Origin: Octopus vulgaris
Lineage: Eukaryota
Assembly: GCA_951406725.2 (NCBI GenBank)
Contig: OX597820.1
Coordinates: forward strand, 59,458,001 to 59,522,000
Reading direction: 5' to 3'
DNA: 64,000 bases
The position numbers and the translations under genes were made by a program. Position 1 is the stretch's first letter, and every line of letters begins with the position of its first letter. Below the pieces are notes generated by a model. That model did no database searches. It was not told the DNA's origin and worked only from the letters and a program-made list of their open reading frames with translations. This document shows positions 1-13,372 of the stretch, piece after piece.

Positions 1-554
1 GCCTAACTTTTTCAATAACTATTCCAAGATGAAAGTGGTGGCTTCAAAGATTGGGAGAGGGCACATGCTTTGGTATTCCTCACAGACTATGTTTTTTGGT
101 ATGGGCGGGGGGTGGGGGTGTTCTCTGATTGGCCTTGTGCTGTCCCTCACCATTCAACACACAGACACACACACACAGATCATCATCAACAGCAGTATTA
201 TCATCATTTTTAATGTCCGTCTTACAACGCTGGCATAAGTTGGACTGGATATTTTGAGGTAGTAGTTCATGGCCAGATACCCTTCTAGTGCCAACGGTTA
301 TCTTAAAGACAGTAAAAGATATTTGCTTAAGCAGATTTCGACTACTATATGGAGCAGGTCAAAGTTCACAGGCAGCAGCAAAAAACAAAAAAACCCAATC
401 AATAACGAACACACACATTAATATATAAATGTCGCCTGATTAATATTTCAGATATGAAACCATTAGTTAGTAACGATGTGTTTATCTGCAAATTGACTTA
501 GTCCCCACTTGTACTAAATACTCGATTTTTGTTCATGGAGATTTGTTTACAATA

Positions 555-977
555 TATTTCTTTTACTACCCACAAGGGGCTAAACACAGGGAGGACAAAC
601 AAGGACAGACAAACGGATTAAGTCGATATCGATCCCCAGTGCGTAACTGGTATTTAATTTATCGACCCCGAAAGGATGAAAGGCAAAGTCGATCTCGGCG
701 GAATTTGAACTCAGAACGTAGCGGCAGACGAAATACCTATTTCTTTACTACCCACAAGGGGCTAAGCTAATCACAGAGGGGACAAACAAGGACAGACACG
801 CGGATTAAGTCGATTATATCGACCCTAGTGCGTAACTGGTATCTAATTTATCGACCCCGAAAGGATGAAAGGCAAAGTCGACCTCGGTGGAATTTTAACT
901 CAGAACGTAGCGGCAGACGAAATACTGCTAAGCATTTCGCCCGGTGTGCTAACGTTTCTGCCAGCTCGCCGCCTTAA
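555..977 (-). mobile_element. tRNA-derived SINE, head-to-tail dimer, flanked by a 14-bp target-site duplication
   Basis: The minus strand begins GGCGGCGAGCTGGCAGAAACGTTAG (A-box-like) with a GTTCAAATTCC-type B-box. The central GAGGTCGACTTTGCCTTTCATCCTTTCGGGGTCGATAAA resembles the Meta/MESC SINE domain (recalled). The unit occurs twice. ATTTGTTTACAATA is present at both 541-554 and 978-991. Confidence 0.85.
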
Positions 978-2639
978 ATTTGTTTACAATACACACACAC
1001 ACACAAACATATTTATTTATACATACATATCACAGTAAATTAATATTTGCGCGAACAAAAATACAGATACTCGTGAATAACTATTTTCTTTACAATAATA
1101 ATTTCTTTGAATTTAATAATAATGTATAAGGAATAATTGTTGTTGACCCTGGCACGATTTGAACTCAGAACATAAAAAGACAATTAAAAAAACAATGCAT
1201 TTTGCTCGTTGCTTCACTATAAATAGAATCGACACCCTGCAAAAAGTTTTCAACAATTTCGGACTTAGTACTTTTCTCTATACAAAACAAATTTTAGCTT
1301 TATTGGCAGGCAGTGATTTCATTTAAAACTTATAACAACAAAAAAAATCATACTAAAATTGAAGAGACTAAAGATTTTACATTGTTCTATCTAAATTGAC
1401 AGGAGAAGAATTATGCTTTAAAATGAGATGAAATTCAATGAAAATTTTTTTTTTTTTTTTTTTACGAAACAGCGGCGTTAAATTTCCGTGTTTTCGGAGT
1501 TTTGGAAATTGTGTTTTCGTTAACTGAAGAGTGCTACTTCCTTTAAGACATCATTAATTTGTAATGAAACGCGAAAGATGGTTAGATAGAAGGGAGATAA
1601 CTCTACAAACACAACTAGAAAGTTTCATGTTGATGTATTCTAACCCTAGCTTGTATCCGACGGGGACAAACAGACTTATAATGGAAGAGACTAAGAGCCA
1701 TGACAGAAGAAAAGTTATTTCTGAACTGTTGAGCGACTATAGCACACATTACATATTGATAAACAAAACGGGGGATAATGATTGCACGAATAAATATTAG
1801 TATAATCATCATCACCTAAAATATTCGTATTATTTACATTATTTAAGCGCGCGTACACACATACACAGAAACGGAATGTTGTAGAAATTTAAAAAACAAA
1901 AACAAAGAACGATGGTGGTGTTGGGGATGAGGACAATAATTAAAGTACGCTTAACATCCAACAGATTGGAGATCTAAATCTAAAGAATGATTGAGCTGAG
2001 AAAGTGTACTATATTATGAGAGCAGATATAAAATTTACGCTTTATCGGAATTCTGTTGACCTCAGCACTCGACTGGTACTTTATTTAGTCAACCCCAGAA
2101 AGATCGAAGTTGATTTGAGAAAGTAAATGGCCATAAATACCGGAAGGCACTTTTGTTCCCGCTCTCTCGTCTCTACCACTTCGCTATCTAATAAATGAGA
2201 AATATCAAAAGATGTCGCAGCAGAGAGTAGCTATGTTTCAAAATAACTAATCCAAGGATTGACCCAAAATAAGTTAACGGCTTATAAAAAGCAATGATGC
2301 TATTTATGGCTCCTAAATAATGAGGGTTTATGAAATAACGGTGCTTTAGTTGTGCTTAGTTTCGGTTGTCTCACGCAAAAGCAGACGCGTGGATATAAAA
2401 CGAATTAGTCAATCGAAAGTACATTTCTCCAACCAGATGATTTGGTGTTTATATCATGACAGCTAAAGTATAAAGTGCTCTACATAGAAAACACATCAAA
2501 ACTAATATCGAAGCTCACACGATAGTGGGTATTTTCTTGGTGTAACGAACCCTGAAATTAACGTATAAAATGTTTAACAGTCTTTTCCAAAATTAATATT
2601 TTTAGTTCCTCTTTTACGTCCAGCATCACTATCGCTACT

Positions 2640-3340
2640 CACTGAGTATGACTGCTCGACATGCTAGAAATAACAGCTATATCACCCAGAAGTTATATCC
2701 CACTCTCTTAAATAAATAACAACGTTGATGAACTGGATACTCCTAAAAAAAGTGGATGGTCTCGATTAGAATGCATTTGGTTATAGGTCCGCTCCATTAG
2801 GATTGACCAGGAATTAAACAACAACAATAGTAACATCTATATTTATAAGTTCCCGCCTATGTAAACATTGGTTGACCTGTATCTACGAGAGGGAGCCACT
2901 ATGCGGTTTTCGACTAGCAGAAAATGATAGCGAAATCCCCTCAGAATACACCCGACTATCTTAAACCCTTGTGTCCTGTTTTTTTTAAGGACTCATGAGA
3001 TAATATACTACGTGATACACTATGGTAAAAAAAAAAAAAGACGACTGGTTGCGGCTGGTACGTCTTTGATTATGACTGTTGAACCAGAGGCTGACCTGGC
3101 CAAAAAACAATGTAATAAAAGAGAAATCGAGAAGGGCTCTATGTTGTTGATCGACCTGCTAGAAATGGCAGTCGAATTTCCCTCAATTTATATCCCCCAC
3201 ACCACCAAGAAAAAAGAAAACTAAAAGACGAGAAAAAGCTAAGGACACATTATGTTTAAAAAACGAAAAGGCAAGTTGGAATGCTTTTGAATTTAGATCT
3301 GTTGGATCACGGCTAACTCAGAGTTAAAACAACTACAAAT
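2640..3340. repeat. Three diverged tandem copies of an old dispersed repeat (CTAGAAATARCAGC motif family)
   Basis: The motif (c/t)gctagaaat(a/g)(a/g)cag..aaatc/tatc, followed about 150 bp later by gctgacc..g..taaacaac, recurs at about 2660, 2915 and 3157. Related copies lie near 4855, 10888, 18755 and 30650. Confidence 0.55.
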
Positions 3341-5913
3341 CTAAATATATCTATACCAAATGTAAACATTCAATGACCTATATTATCCAATATCAATTTT
3401 TCGTATTCAGACTTAAAATTATTTCCTCCAACATATTCACATTCTCAAGAAAGGTGTCATCTTATTTTGTTTTTTCGCCACCGTTTCTACAAAATTAGAT
3501 AATAAACAGAAAATTCCACTCTACATAATAATACTAATACTGATAATAATAAAAGGTGGTTTCCATTTCAACATTCCTTCCAACCAACAACAACCTAACC
3601 AATAATATATCTCTCTTCTTGTGTTGTAGGTTAAGGACCACCAGGATGAATAGAAAACAGCTGTATTTGACAAGAATGTTAAAGCAATAAGGAATAATAC
3701 CTACGATAAGTTAGTTAAGTGAGTTTATAACTATACTGTTCACGTTGGTAAAATTCTTCCCTAACCCTAAACTAAGTTTTAATTAGGCATGAAGATTTTT
3801 TTTTCTCTATGAGTGGGAGGTGGGGGTGAATGGATAGGAAAATGCTTTAAAGTTGTTATTTTTTCTGTTGTGGTTCAGTCAGAGGTTGTAAAGTAACAAC
3901 CATGACCACTTTTTGCAGAACCTATGAATCTGGAGGTAGAAAGGTAGATAGATAGACAGATATTATTATCCTTGGATCAAAGACCTGGTTCAAATGCTTG
4001 AAACAAAGTGAACTTCACTAAATGCAGTCAAGGGTTAAATTGAATGGCCATCATTTCTTTCCAATTAATACAATAAAACTTGCTTTAAGCAATAAGTGGA
4101 ATGCAAGCCATGGTTTAATACATTGGCCACTACTTCGATTTGACCTCACACGTTGGTTTAACATAGCCGACAGCTATCCAGATCTCATTTTGTCTCACTC
4201 AAAATGCTGAGTTGGTGAAAAGTTTGTATTCAAGCAATGTGGATAAATTGTGATACATTGTTTATAGGAATGAGAGAGAGAGATTTCCTAAGCAATGAAA
4301 ACTTTTCAGGGCTGATACGTAATTTTGGCTTTCAGATTAAGATGCTATATTATTGCAAGTAAAACTTCCATAGTAGGACAAACTACAGGCTTCTGATTAA
4401 CTGCGAGCTAAAATAAATATTATACCCTTAAGTTTGGAGTGAAGGAACTACTATAAATTGCTATGTCCATGCCATTACAGAAAGGAGCAAATAGAGCAGA
4501 TATAAACCAATGGAAGAACCTCAACATCTGAGGTGGGAAAACCCTTGCTTCGAAGCAAAATTTTGGAAAAATTCTAATTTGAAGCCACCCACTGATAAAG
4601 TAAGTCTCTAATAACCCATGGGGAAAAGAAATAAAACAGTTTAAACCACAAGATCTAAATAGTAATTTAATTTTTTTAATAGTAATTTAATATAAGTAAT
4701 TTAATACGTTAGTTACATACCTATAAATTAACGAAGTTAAATATCCATTATCTCTCTTACCACAGTTGCACCCCCACAGGTTCTTATGCAATTGCCTTTT
4801 TTTACTAAAAAGGGTTCCTCACCATTCCTGGTTTGCACAGTTGCTCAAATTATTGGAAATAGCAGCCAAATCTTTCACAAATCATGCAGACTACGTCGTA
4901 AGAAAAAGACACTTTTGATCAAAGTGTTCCAACTATGACAGCCCCACCTTATTTTTAGACAATATCCAATGTGCCTTCCCGTTTTCAAGATGAGGTGTGC
5001 TTTCATGGGAATCTGGTAGCTTGTTCTGGCAGGTTGAACAACTATGTAGAGGCTCCCTTGTAGGTTTGTTAACACTAGACATTAGCTATGGTTGTCAATC
5101 TGCAGTTTGATGATGGTTCCTTATGTCGACACGAAAGGCACAAATTTGCAAGGCCTCCGCAGCAACAAAAGATAACTTTTAATGCCAAAATGTAAAATGA
5201 AAAAAAAAATATAAATAAATAAAAATAAGGTATATATTTAGCCCAGCGATCTGTCTCCTCATCTTTATAAGCAGCAATTTTCTAAGTAGCACATTTATGC
5301 ATTTCCCTAAATAGATTTATCTGATTGAAATGATGTTTACAAATACGAGGTGATCCAGCATGACCACAGCCGAATGACTGAAACTAGTAAAAGCGAATGG
5401 CTTGCTTACATTGGAACATTTTCTATGTTGGGGATGGGGTATAGTTAATAGAACCGATTCAAGTGTATTTATGTTATAACCGGTTACTTATTTCTATAGG
5501 GAAGTATTCGGAAATGAATAGAGGTACGACTGATTTTGGCATTCAACAAAATATTTGTAATACCAACTTAAATCAATTTTCTTAAATATTTTACTTAAAA
5601 AAAAAAAGAGAGAAATTAAAACTGAACTGCAATAAATCACAATTAGGGAGGACAAATTAATTATGTAAAAAAAAAAAAAGCTTTAAAATTTTTAAAATGA
5701 AACTAAGATACAAAATATTCCCCGTTGCTATCTTGGAAAGTTTGAAAATCGTAAAAATGTAAAAGAATATGATGGTGGTAAGAGTAAAAAGACAAGAGTG
5801 AAGTGAAGAGATGTTTCCTTTTCTCTCCCTTCCTCTCAGATTTTATAGGATGTAGTGGTAGAGTCAGGCACACACAAAAGTATGTCGGTGGAGTGACTGT
5901 GCCAAAAATACCA

Positions 5914-5981
5914 GACCACACACGCGTTCATTGAATTACACCATTTCTGGGTCACGGGCCAAGATGGCGGGTAGCACTTCC
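5914..5981. promoter_or_regulatory. Candidate intronic regulatory cluster (Gli/Ci-like, YY1-like and ETS-like motifs)
   Basis: GACCACACA at 5914-5922 (1 mismatch from Gli consensus GACCACCCA), CAAGATGGCGG at 5960-5970 (YY1-type) and CACTTCC at 5975-5981, in non-repeat sequence inside a patched intron. Confidence 0.4.
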
Positions 5982-7342
5982 TTTTTTTGTTTCCAGTGAC
6001 AAGCAAATAATAGTAGTGTGTGTAGGTATGTGAGAATCTGTGTGTAAGGCTATAGAAGAGTATGTGCCTGCGCGTGTGTGTGGAGTTTTGTTATGTGGAT
6101 GCATATAGTGTGGACGTGTATAATAAGGGTGTGTGTTTACGAGTGTGTAAGATGCCTTTCAGAACGTGTCAGTTATATGTACATGTATATATGAGTATGT
6201 ATGTGTAAGCCAAAACTAGAAAGGTCCCAACGCGCATTTCATTGAAACTTGAGGAAATTAAGATTTACTTTTTTATAGTCAGTGTTTATATTTATGTTTT
6301 TGTTGTATTTTTTTTATCACGTTTTATAAGGAGGGACGGTGGTGGATTTAAAGTTTTGTTTTTGTTTATGTTACGTCTAAGAAAAAAAATTTAAATGTAT
6401 AAAGAATCCGTTGATTTAAAAAAAATTATTTTGTAATAATAGTAATAATGCTACTATACATTATAAAAACCAATTTTAGGCAGAAAAGAGAAAACAGGCC
6501 GAAATTTTGTATCAAATTGGCTCTTATGTGTAATATCATTTTACGTTGAAAATCTTAGTTAATTCATTCATAATGTGCGTGTGTGCGTCTCTCTCTATTT
6601 CACCCTCTCTTTATATGTACTATTTTTCTACTAAGAAGGTCAATTTTGTAGAGATGCGAAGAGTCCAAAGCATGTACAAGGCATCAGATTTGAATGGGTG
6701 GGAGAACAGTCAGTTGAAACGACTTCTCTACCCAGTATTCGATTTAACAGGTACTTTATTTTATCGACACCGGAAAGTTGACTGGCAAAGCAATCTAAAC
6801 GTACAAGAGATGCCGCGAAATGCTACGTTTTACCAATTCTATCATCCAGTCATTTTTTCTTTTTCTTTTTTTTTATGCCCTAAAATATAATGCCTAATAA
6901 TTCTTACTAATATTGGTATAACGCCAGCAATTTTGAGAGGAAGAAGTCGATTACTTTGACTCCAGTGGTACGTACCTATTCTAGTGACCCCTAAAGGATG
7001 AAAGGCAAAGTCGAACTCGGCGGAATTTGACTATAATGACTAATAGTACTTATCTGAATCGAACCTCAAATGATAAATACAATAAAATTAAAAGCTTTAA
7101 CCTCACTAGGGTCTGAACTCATCTGAGTAGGATAAACAGCTAAATTCCAAGCAAGCCGTTTATTCAAATGCCATTTGATGCATCGATCGTAAAGGTTCTA
7201 TATTTGTCAGGGTGGAAGGAATAGGAGTATGTTTACGGTTTTTTCATATTCATTAGTTTCTGATGAGCAATAGGCCACATTTTAAAACCACTAACATATA
7301 CCGGGGCGTGTGATTTATTTTTTAAATTTATTCGATACTATA

Positions 7343-7479
7343 GGCGCAGGCGTGGCTGTGTGGTAAGAAGCTTGCTTCCTAACTACATGGTTCCGGGTTC
7401 AGTCCCGCTGTGGGGCACCTCGGACGGATCAAAGCCTTGTGAGTGGATTTGGTAGACGGAAATTGAAAGAAGCCTATCG

Positions 7480-7514
<35 letters not shown>

Positions 7515-7750
7515 TTATATACTTAGATTTACATATATATATATATGTGTGTGTGTGTGTATGTGTGTGTGTGTGTGTGCGTGCGTCTCTGTGTTTGACC
7601 CCGTCTCCATCACTTGACAACTGATGGTTGTGTGTTATGTCTCAGTAGAGACTGATAGAATAAATACTGGGGTCGATTTCTTCGACTAAAATCCTTTAAG
7701 GCGGTGTTCCAGCATGGCCTCGGGCAAATGACTGAAACGCGTAAAAGAAC
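7343..7750 (+). mobile_element. tRNA-derived CORE-like SINE with internal microsatellite
   Basis: Head GGCGCAGGCGTGGCTGTGTGGTAAG (A-box), GGTTCAGTCCC (B-box), internal (CA)/(TA)/(TG) tract and tail GGCGGTGTTCCAGCATGGCC..AAATGACTGAAAC. Same family as the copies at 26.3, 40.3, 50.6, 53.3, 55.5 and 58.8-60.8 kb. Confidence 0.85.
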
Positions 7751-8112
7751 ACGGTACTGGATTGCTGTATGAGAGAGGGCTGGAAAGATAAGATGAATTG
7801 TTATCAATGGTATTTAGCCACAGATCAGCTCCGACTGAACAGATTTATAATCAAAAGCAATTTAGCCAGAATCATTCCTTTGTCCTTCTCTCGAGTATTG
7901 ATTATCGAGGACTAAAATTACACAGTGTAAGCCCCTTGCTTTTAAGACAGTAATGGTGTAACTGGCCAAGGGGTGGGGTCTGCTTCCAGGCCAGGCGACC
8001 ACATAGAATTATTCTTGTTGGGTATTGTAAAAAGAAAATTTGAAGGGTGTAAAATAGCAGAGACGACGGAAAAGAAGTGTTTTTATTTTTTAAGATGTAT
8101 TCGGATACTTAC

Positions 8113-8305
8113 GCTCAACCCAGAGCTGTTCAACGTTGGTTTCTAACGTGCCTGTTTTCAAACCGAAGCAAAACAAAGAGAGCAGCAGTAATCCAAGGAA
8201 AAGAACTTTGCCATAATGAAGTTGGATAAAACAGCCAACGCTGAAAAGTTGTTTCTGTAGGTGACATCGCACCCACAGAGCACATGTGTTTCCATTAGAT
8301 TTACC
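8113..8305 (-). CDS. ptc: Patched (Hedgehog receptor) internal coding exon containing TM1
   Basis: Translates GKSNGNTCALWVRCHLQKQLFSVGCFIQLHYGKVLFLGLLLLSLFCFGLKTGTLETNVEQLWVE, matching the Patched motif GKA.G...LW.R..Q..LF.LGC.IQ...GK.L..G......F..GLK...ETNVE.LWVE. Acceptor is tttctttcag|GGT and donor is GAG C|gtaagt. Length 193 nt, phase 0 in, phase 1 out. Confidence 0.96.
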
Positions 8306-8479
8306 CTGAAAGAAAGAAAAAAAAAAGAAAAATACTTAGAAAAATATATTATATATAAAAATTCAATTATATTTCCAAATTTTCATTGTTAACAATTTTC
8401 TAATAATAAATACAGTATTGATTATATTTTGATAAATAAAATTAAATAAGGCTTATAAGTAAAACAAAATCCTATGTCA

Positions 8480-8820
8480 TAGGATGTTGGAGGCTCTTCT
8501 TCCCGCCAGCCCTCACCTGTTTTCAAGCAAGGTGCTATTTCTACCATGGCTGGACATGTCTCACGGGGACGTTCATTTTGTATCTATGGCGTGATGTCAA
8601 GACAAGGAGACACACGAATTCACAAATATACGTATGTCATTCATTTCCCATATTCTGCGAAAACATGTTTGGCTGAGGGGAATTAACACCCAGCTTGGAA
8701 ATGAGTGGAGGTTGACAACAGGAAAAGCATCCGAGGCCGTAGAAAAGTTGCATCGATAAACTCTGTCCGACTCGCGCAGGCATGGAAAAGTGGACATTAA
8801 AATGATGATGATGATGATTT
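8480..8820 (+). mobile_element. SINE/LINE 3' fragment with RTE-type tail
   Basis: Ends GCATGGAAAAGTGGACATTAAAATGATGATGATG. The same tail occurs inverted at about 180-240 and after the RTE fragment at about 13340-13370. Confidence 0.55.
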
Positions 8821-9884
8821 ACATATTCATTTTCCATTAACCATATCTACTCTCAAGCTTTGGGCGACTCAAGGCTACAATAGAAGACACTTGTCCAAAG
8901 CGTCACACAGTGGGACTGAACCTGAAACCACAAGGTTGGGAAGTGAAATTCTTAATCACAAAGTCATGTTTACGTTTATATATATCTTTCGAGTGTAGTC
9001 ATGCTATTTTTAAAAAATCAATCGTATCGACTCTAGCCTTTACTTTATCGATCTCTAATTACGCCCAACTGAATTACGTTCCTTTTGGAGTCGGAAACAC
9101 AACAAAGTAATACACTAGTGCACCCACACAACAATTTTACATACTGTCTACACTCAAGAGAGTTCCTTCAGCTGTCAACGAGAACATAATTTCGTCACCT
9201 TCCAACAATACCCCCGCCATTAATGCCAAGTAGCATTGATGCTACAAGGTTATTTTGCTCCACACTGTAGTACATTTATCTACACAAGTTGGATGCAGCT
9301 GGAACAACTCCAATTAAGCAAGCAACCATTTTGTTTTATTTTTCGCTCAGGATTGTTGAGCTCCTCTGCTTATCACATGCCTCAACCATGACCATGTCGA
9401 AGCATTTTCTTCTTTCCTCTCCAATTCACGAATCAGTGTACAGGTGTTCTTAAGGCCAACGCCAGCCAGCTAAGACATAGTGAATCATTGTGTATCTGAC
9501 CAGTGACATCTCACCTTTCTAGAAGCACCAAACATTTCCACCCTCGTGCCTCGCACGATCCATTAAGTCTTGTGTGTGTGTGTGTGTGTGTGTGTCTGTG
9601 TGTGTGTGCGTGTGTGTGTGTTAGGCTCTTCTTTCATGTGCCCATTCTATGGGTGGAGTCAAGTCATCAATTAAATTTCTTTTTCTTTTGTCAAATCAGA
9701 CCAAGCCATAAAGCTAGGACTTTGTTGTTGTTTGTTCCTTCTCGAGTCACGCCTGGCTCATAAGCGCCGGTTTCCTTGGCGTATAGGTTCCCCACCTAGA
9801 CGGGACGCCGGTCCGTTGCAGGTGAGCTGCATGATGCAGGAGGAAAGAGTAAGAGAAAGTTGTGGCGAAAGAGTCAACAGAAGT

Positions 9885-10096
9885 TTATTCAGCTGAATAC
9901 ACGTCATTGATTGGTGGAAATTACCGAAATACGACAACTTTAACACGAAATAACTTCGTAAATAGAAACTTTTCTCAACAACACTAAGAGTAAAAGATGT
10001 TTTATATGACGCATTCTACCAGTGTCCGAAGTTTGAAAGTGTTTAGTTACAAAAAATTAATTTCCCCATCTACCATTGAAAGGGGAAAAGATCCCT
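9885..10096. mobile_element. One arm of a long-TIR (foldback/MITE-like) element
   Basis: ATTCAGCTGAATACACGTCATTGATTGG...GAAGTTTGAAAGTGTTTAGTTACAAAAA...AAAAGATCC is closely similar to 43697-43904 and to the reverse complement of 30697-30905. Confidence 0.7.
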
Positions 10097-10149
10097 AGCC
10101 CCTATACTCAAACTCTTCAATCTCTCCCCGCTCCCCCTCCTCTGCCTCC

Positions 10150-10640
10150 AGGGAACTATCCTAACTTTTAGAAACACGCAACCACATATCCTATTCCCAA
10201 TGAAAGCAATCTCTCTTTGGCCTTATCAACTATCGGCCCATTGCACTCACTTCCAATATCTCATATGTAACAGAGACAGTTATTAACCAAGACGTCCTCT
10301 CAACAACTCGAATCTTTTCCTCCCTCATCTTACTGACCACCAGTACGATTTCAGTATAACTATAAGTGGCCTTAAATTGGAAGAATTTGGTGTAAGTAAT
10401 GTTGTGGCCTATGACGTCTGATATTCAAATCTGCCGCATGTTGACGGAGTTTTTCTGTTGTCCCTCATTCTATCAACTCTGGCGTGTCCCATATTTATCC
10501 TCTGTCTCTTTTGCGTCCCATATTTTGCGTGTCCCATATTTATCCTCTGTCTCTTTTGCGTCTGTACATCAATAACTTACCGCTACATCCAACAATATGC
10601 TGTCGTACTCAGATAACATAATTCATTCTTATCTATATAT
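10150..10640 (+). mobile_element. Degenerate non-LTR retrotransposon RT fragment
   Basis: AACTATCGGCCCATTGCACTCACTTCC at about 10228 encodes NYRPIALTS (LINE RT domain 1), followed by a DHQY-like motif. Heavily frameshifted. Confidence 0.6.
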
Positions 10641-11349
10641 TTTCCAGCCATGTACCAAGCCATTCGCACACACTGACTCCAAGATCAGAGACCTAGCAAT
10701 CAAATCTAAAACGATAGATCAAAGTATGCAATGTCTTACGAAAATTAAGCGATTGCCTACTGTGACACTCATAAGAGGAAATATCAACAGTCAGTAAATG
10801 ATAAAGTGCTGTTTCGATGAACATACTCTGCATACCAACGAAAGCACCTCAGTCAATTAGAATCTCTTCGTGATGCTCACCTGTAAGAAATAGCAGCAAA
10901 TTTTCCCTCCAATCAGCCTTAGTTACCATCTTGAATAGGAAAGGCCATACTAGATAACGCAGTCCTAGGCGTATCACTTAAAAGAAAGTGTTGTTTTTTT
11001 TATGTATTCATTTATTTATTTATATTTATTCATTTGAATTTTAACGAATTCTTTGCCAGATTTTCAGCTCGCTACGTTCTGAGGTGAAATCTCGCAGATG
11101 CGAACTTTCTTTCAATTATGTCTTCGGGATCGATGGTATTCGACTAAAACATCTTCTTATAAAATTGCTGGTTTTGTAGTTAAATCAGAAATCATTTAGC
11201 TATTGCAGACAGCCACTAATTCATTTGATTGTGTTTAACTCTTGCTTTCAATCCACAGAGAGATATGAACTTTAAGGTAAGTTCGTTCTGCGAGCCTACG
11301 AAATTTTAAGCTGCATGGAGCTGAGTCAGACTTTTATAAAAGAATAATA

Positions 11350-11940
11350 ATCCTGTCTTATGGAGGCATAAAGCCTGAAATTTGGGGGAAGGGATTAAAT
11401 CGATTACATCGACCCCAGTACTCAACTGGTACTTATTTAATCGACTTCGAAAGGATGAAAGGCAAATCGACTTCGGCGGAATTTGAATTGAGAACGTAAA
11501 GCCGCAAAGCAGTTTGCCCGGCGTGCTAACGATTCTGCCAGCTCGTCACCTTAATAATAATGATGATGATGATGATGATGATAATTTTTCCACAAAGGCA
11601 GCTTGGGGGAGGTGAGGATGAGTCGATTACATCGATCCCAGTGTTCAACGGATACTTATTTTATCGACCTCGAAAGGATGAAAGGCAAAGTCGACGTCGG
11701 CGGAATTTGAATTCTAAACGGAGCGACGGGCGAAATACCTATTTCTTTACTACCCACAACGGGCTAAACACAGAGAGGACAAACAAGGACAGACAAACGG
11801 ATTAAGTCGATTATATCGACCTCAGTGCGTAACTGGTACTTATTTAATCGACCCCGGCGGAATTTGAACCCAGAACGTAGCAGCAGACGAAATACTGCTA
11901 AGCATTTAGCCCGGCGTGTTAAGGATTCTACCAGCTCGCC

Positions 11941-11942
<2 letters not shown>
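11350..11942 (-). mobile_element. Cluster of Meta-domain-like SINE units (one monomer plus one dimer)
   Basis: Three repeats of GATTA.ATCGA.CCCAGT...GGTACTTATTT.ATCGAC...GGCGGAATTTGAA, with heads at about 11550 and 11940 abutting (ATG)n and (TTA)n tracts. Confidence 0.85.
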
Positions 11943-12002
<60 letters not shown>

Positions 12003-12628
12003 TGTGTGTATTTAGTTAACGAATAACAAAAGAACAGGAATTACCTAATCACCTTCATTAGCTTAAGGCATAAGTGAATTCTAACAACTGTTTATTAGTA
12101 TCGCTATATATATATATGTGTGTGTGTGTAAAGAGATTGAGGAGGAAGTGAAGCGAGGTGTGTGTATATGTGTGTGTAATATTCATGCTTTTTCCGAGGT
12201 TTAAGTAAGCAAAGTGAAATGACTTTGACCGACGATGAAAATCAGTCGGTACAATCTTGCTAAGTAGGTTTGCACATGATTCTGAAAACGTTTCTCCTTT
12301 GGGTCCTTTCCGTCAGCTATATTTCATTAAGACGGTTGACTAAAGTAATTACAGTAAAATCCGGAATACGAGAAACTGATGATGGCTCTGCGTCGGCAAC
12401 AATTACACCATAGGAGAGTTCATAGAAGAGTTCGGTAAGTTCATTTGCTGTGATTATACAGTAATTACGGATGCAAGTTTAGAATGAAACACATTTTCTA
12501 GAAATTAATAAGTACACGCACGCACATATTTACTTATACAAACACATATATAGATGACAGCACACAAACCCGCATAACGCTCCAACAGAATAAGAACATA
12601 GGAAAATGGAGACGTGGAGAAGCCACAA

Positions 12629-12678
<50 letters not shown>

Positions 12679-13019
12679 GGGTGGAGTCCATATGTTTTGC
12701 TACACTTGGCTAGCAAATATATATAAAGTTACACAAAGTCACTGTTAAATGTTTGCGTTTTATAACTTTATAAAACCATTGGCAATAAATATTGTAAATT
12801 AGACATAGCAAGAGCTAAACACACACAATGAAAAAACCACCACCTAAGCACCAACTTTTAAGTCCACGCAAATATGAATAAATAATACGTGAAAATGTGT
12901 ATATTTAAAAGTTATTTTGATGCTTATATAGGGCTTAAAATATATATTTATGTACTTTATATGGTTTTAATGTATAAATCACCTTGTGATGCACGTGTGT
13001 GTGTGTGTGGGGGGGGGGG

Positions 13020-13372
13020 ATTCAGACGAACATATTCCGCTGGATGTGTAATGTCAACATGCATGAACGATGGAGCACATTTGAGATGGGGGAGGAGTAT
13101 AAGAGGAATCAGCTGTAGTGTGCACGAGAGAAGATTGCGCTGGTACGAACATGTGGTACGTTTGAAGGATAACAGTTGTGTAAAAAGTGTTTCAAGCAAC
13201 CCAGTATAAAGGAGATTGCAGAAGAGGAAGATCGTTAAAGATGTTGGAAGGTGTGGTGAAATTTGATCTCAGGAAGGCGAAGTCAAGACTACTACGAGTG
13301 ACAAGATGCTGGAAAAAAAATCCTGTCCAACCATTGCTAGCATGGGCAAAACAGGCATAAAAATGATGATTC
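13020..13372 (+). mobile_element. RTE-clade LINE 3' fragment
   Basis: Encodes ERRLRWYEHVVR (cf. RTE RRLRW.GHV.R) followed by RRGR, and ends in an AAAATGATGAT tail. Confidence 0.75.

Noticed and set aside
3759-3770. CCCTAACCCTAA interstitial telomeric repeat
   Set aside because: Only two units, compatible with chance.
7343-7415. tRNA genes at SINE heads
   Set aside because: A/B boxes are present, but the sequence continues into SINE body and I could not form a full cloverleaf.
1-8112. Next patched exon (expected GGR...EL.Y motif)
   Set aside because: No matching minus-strand sequence seen by eye. It probably lies left of the window, although a missed exon cannot be fully excluded.
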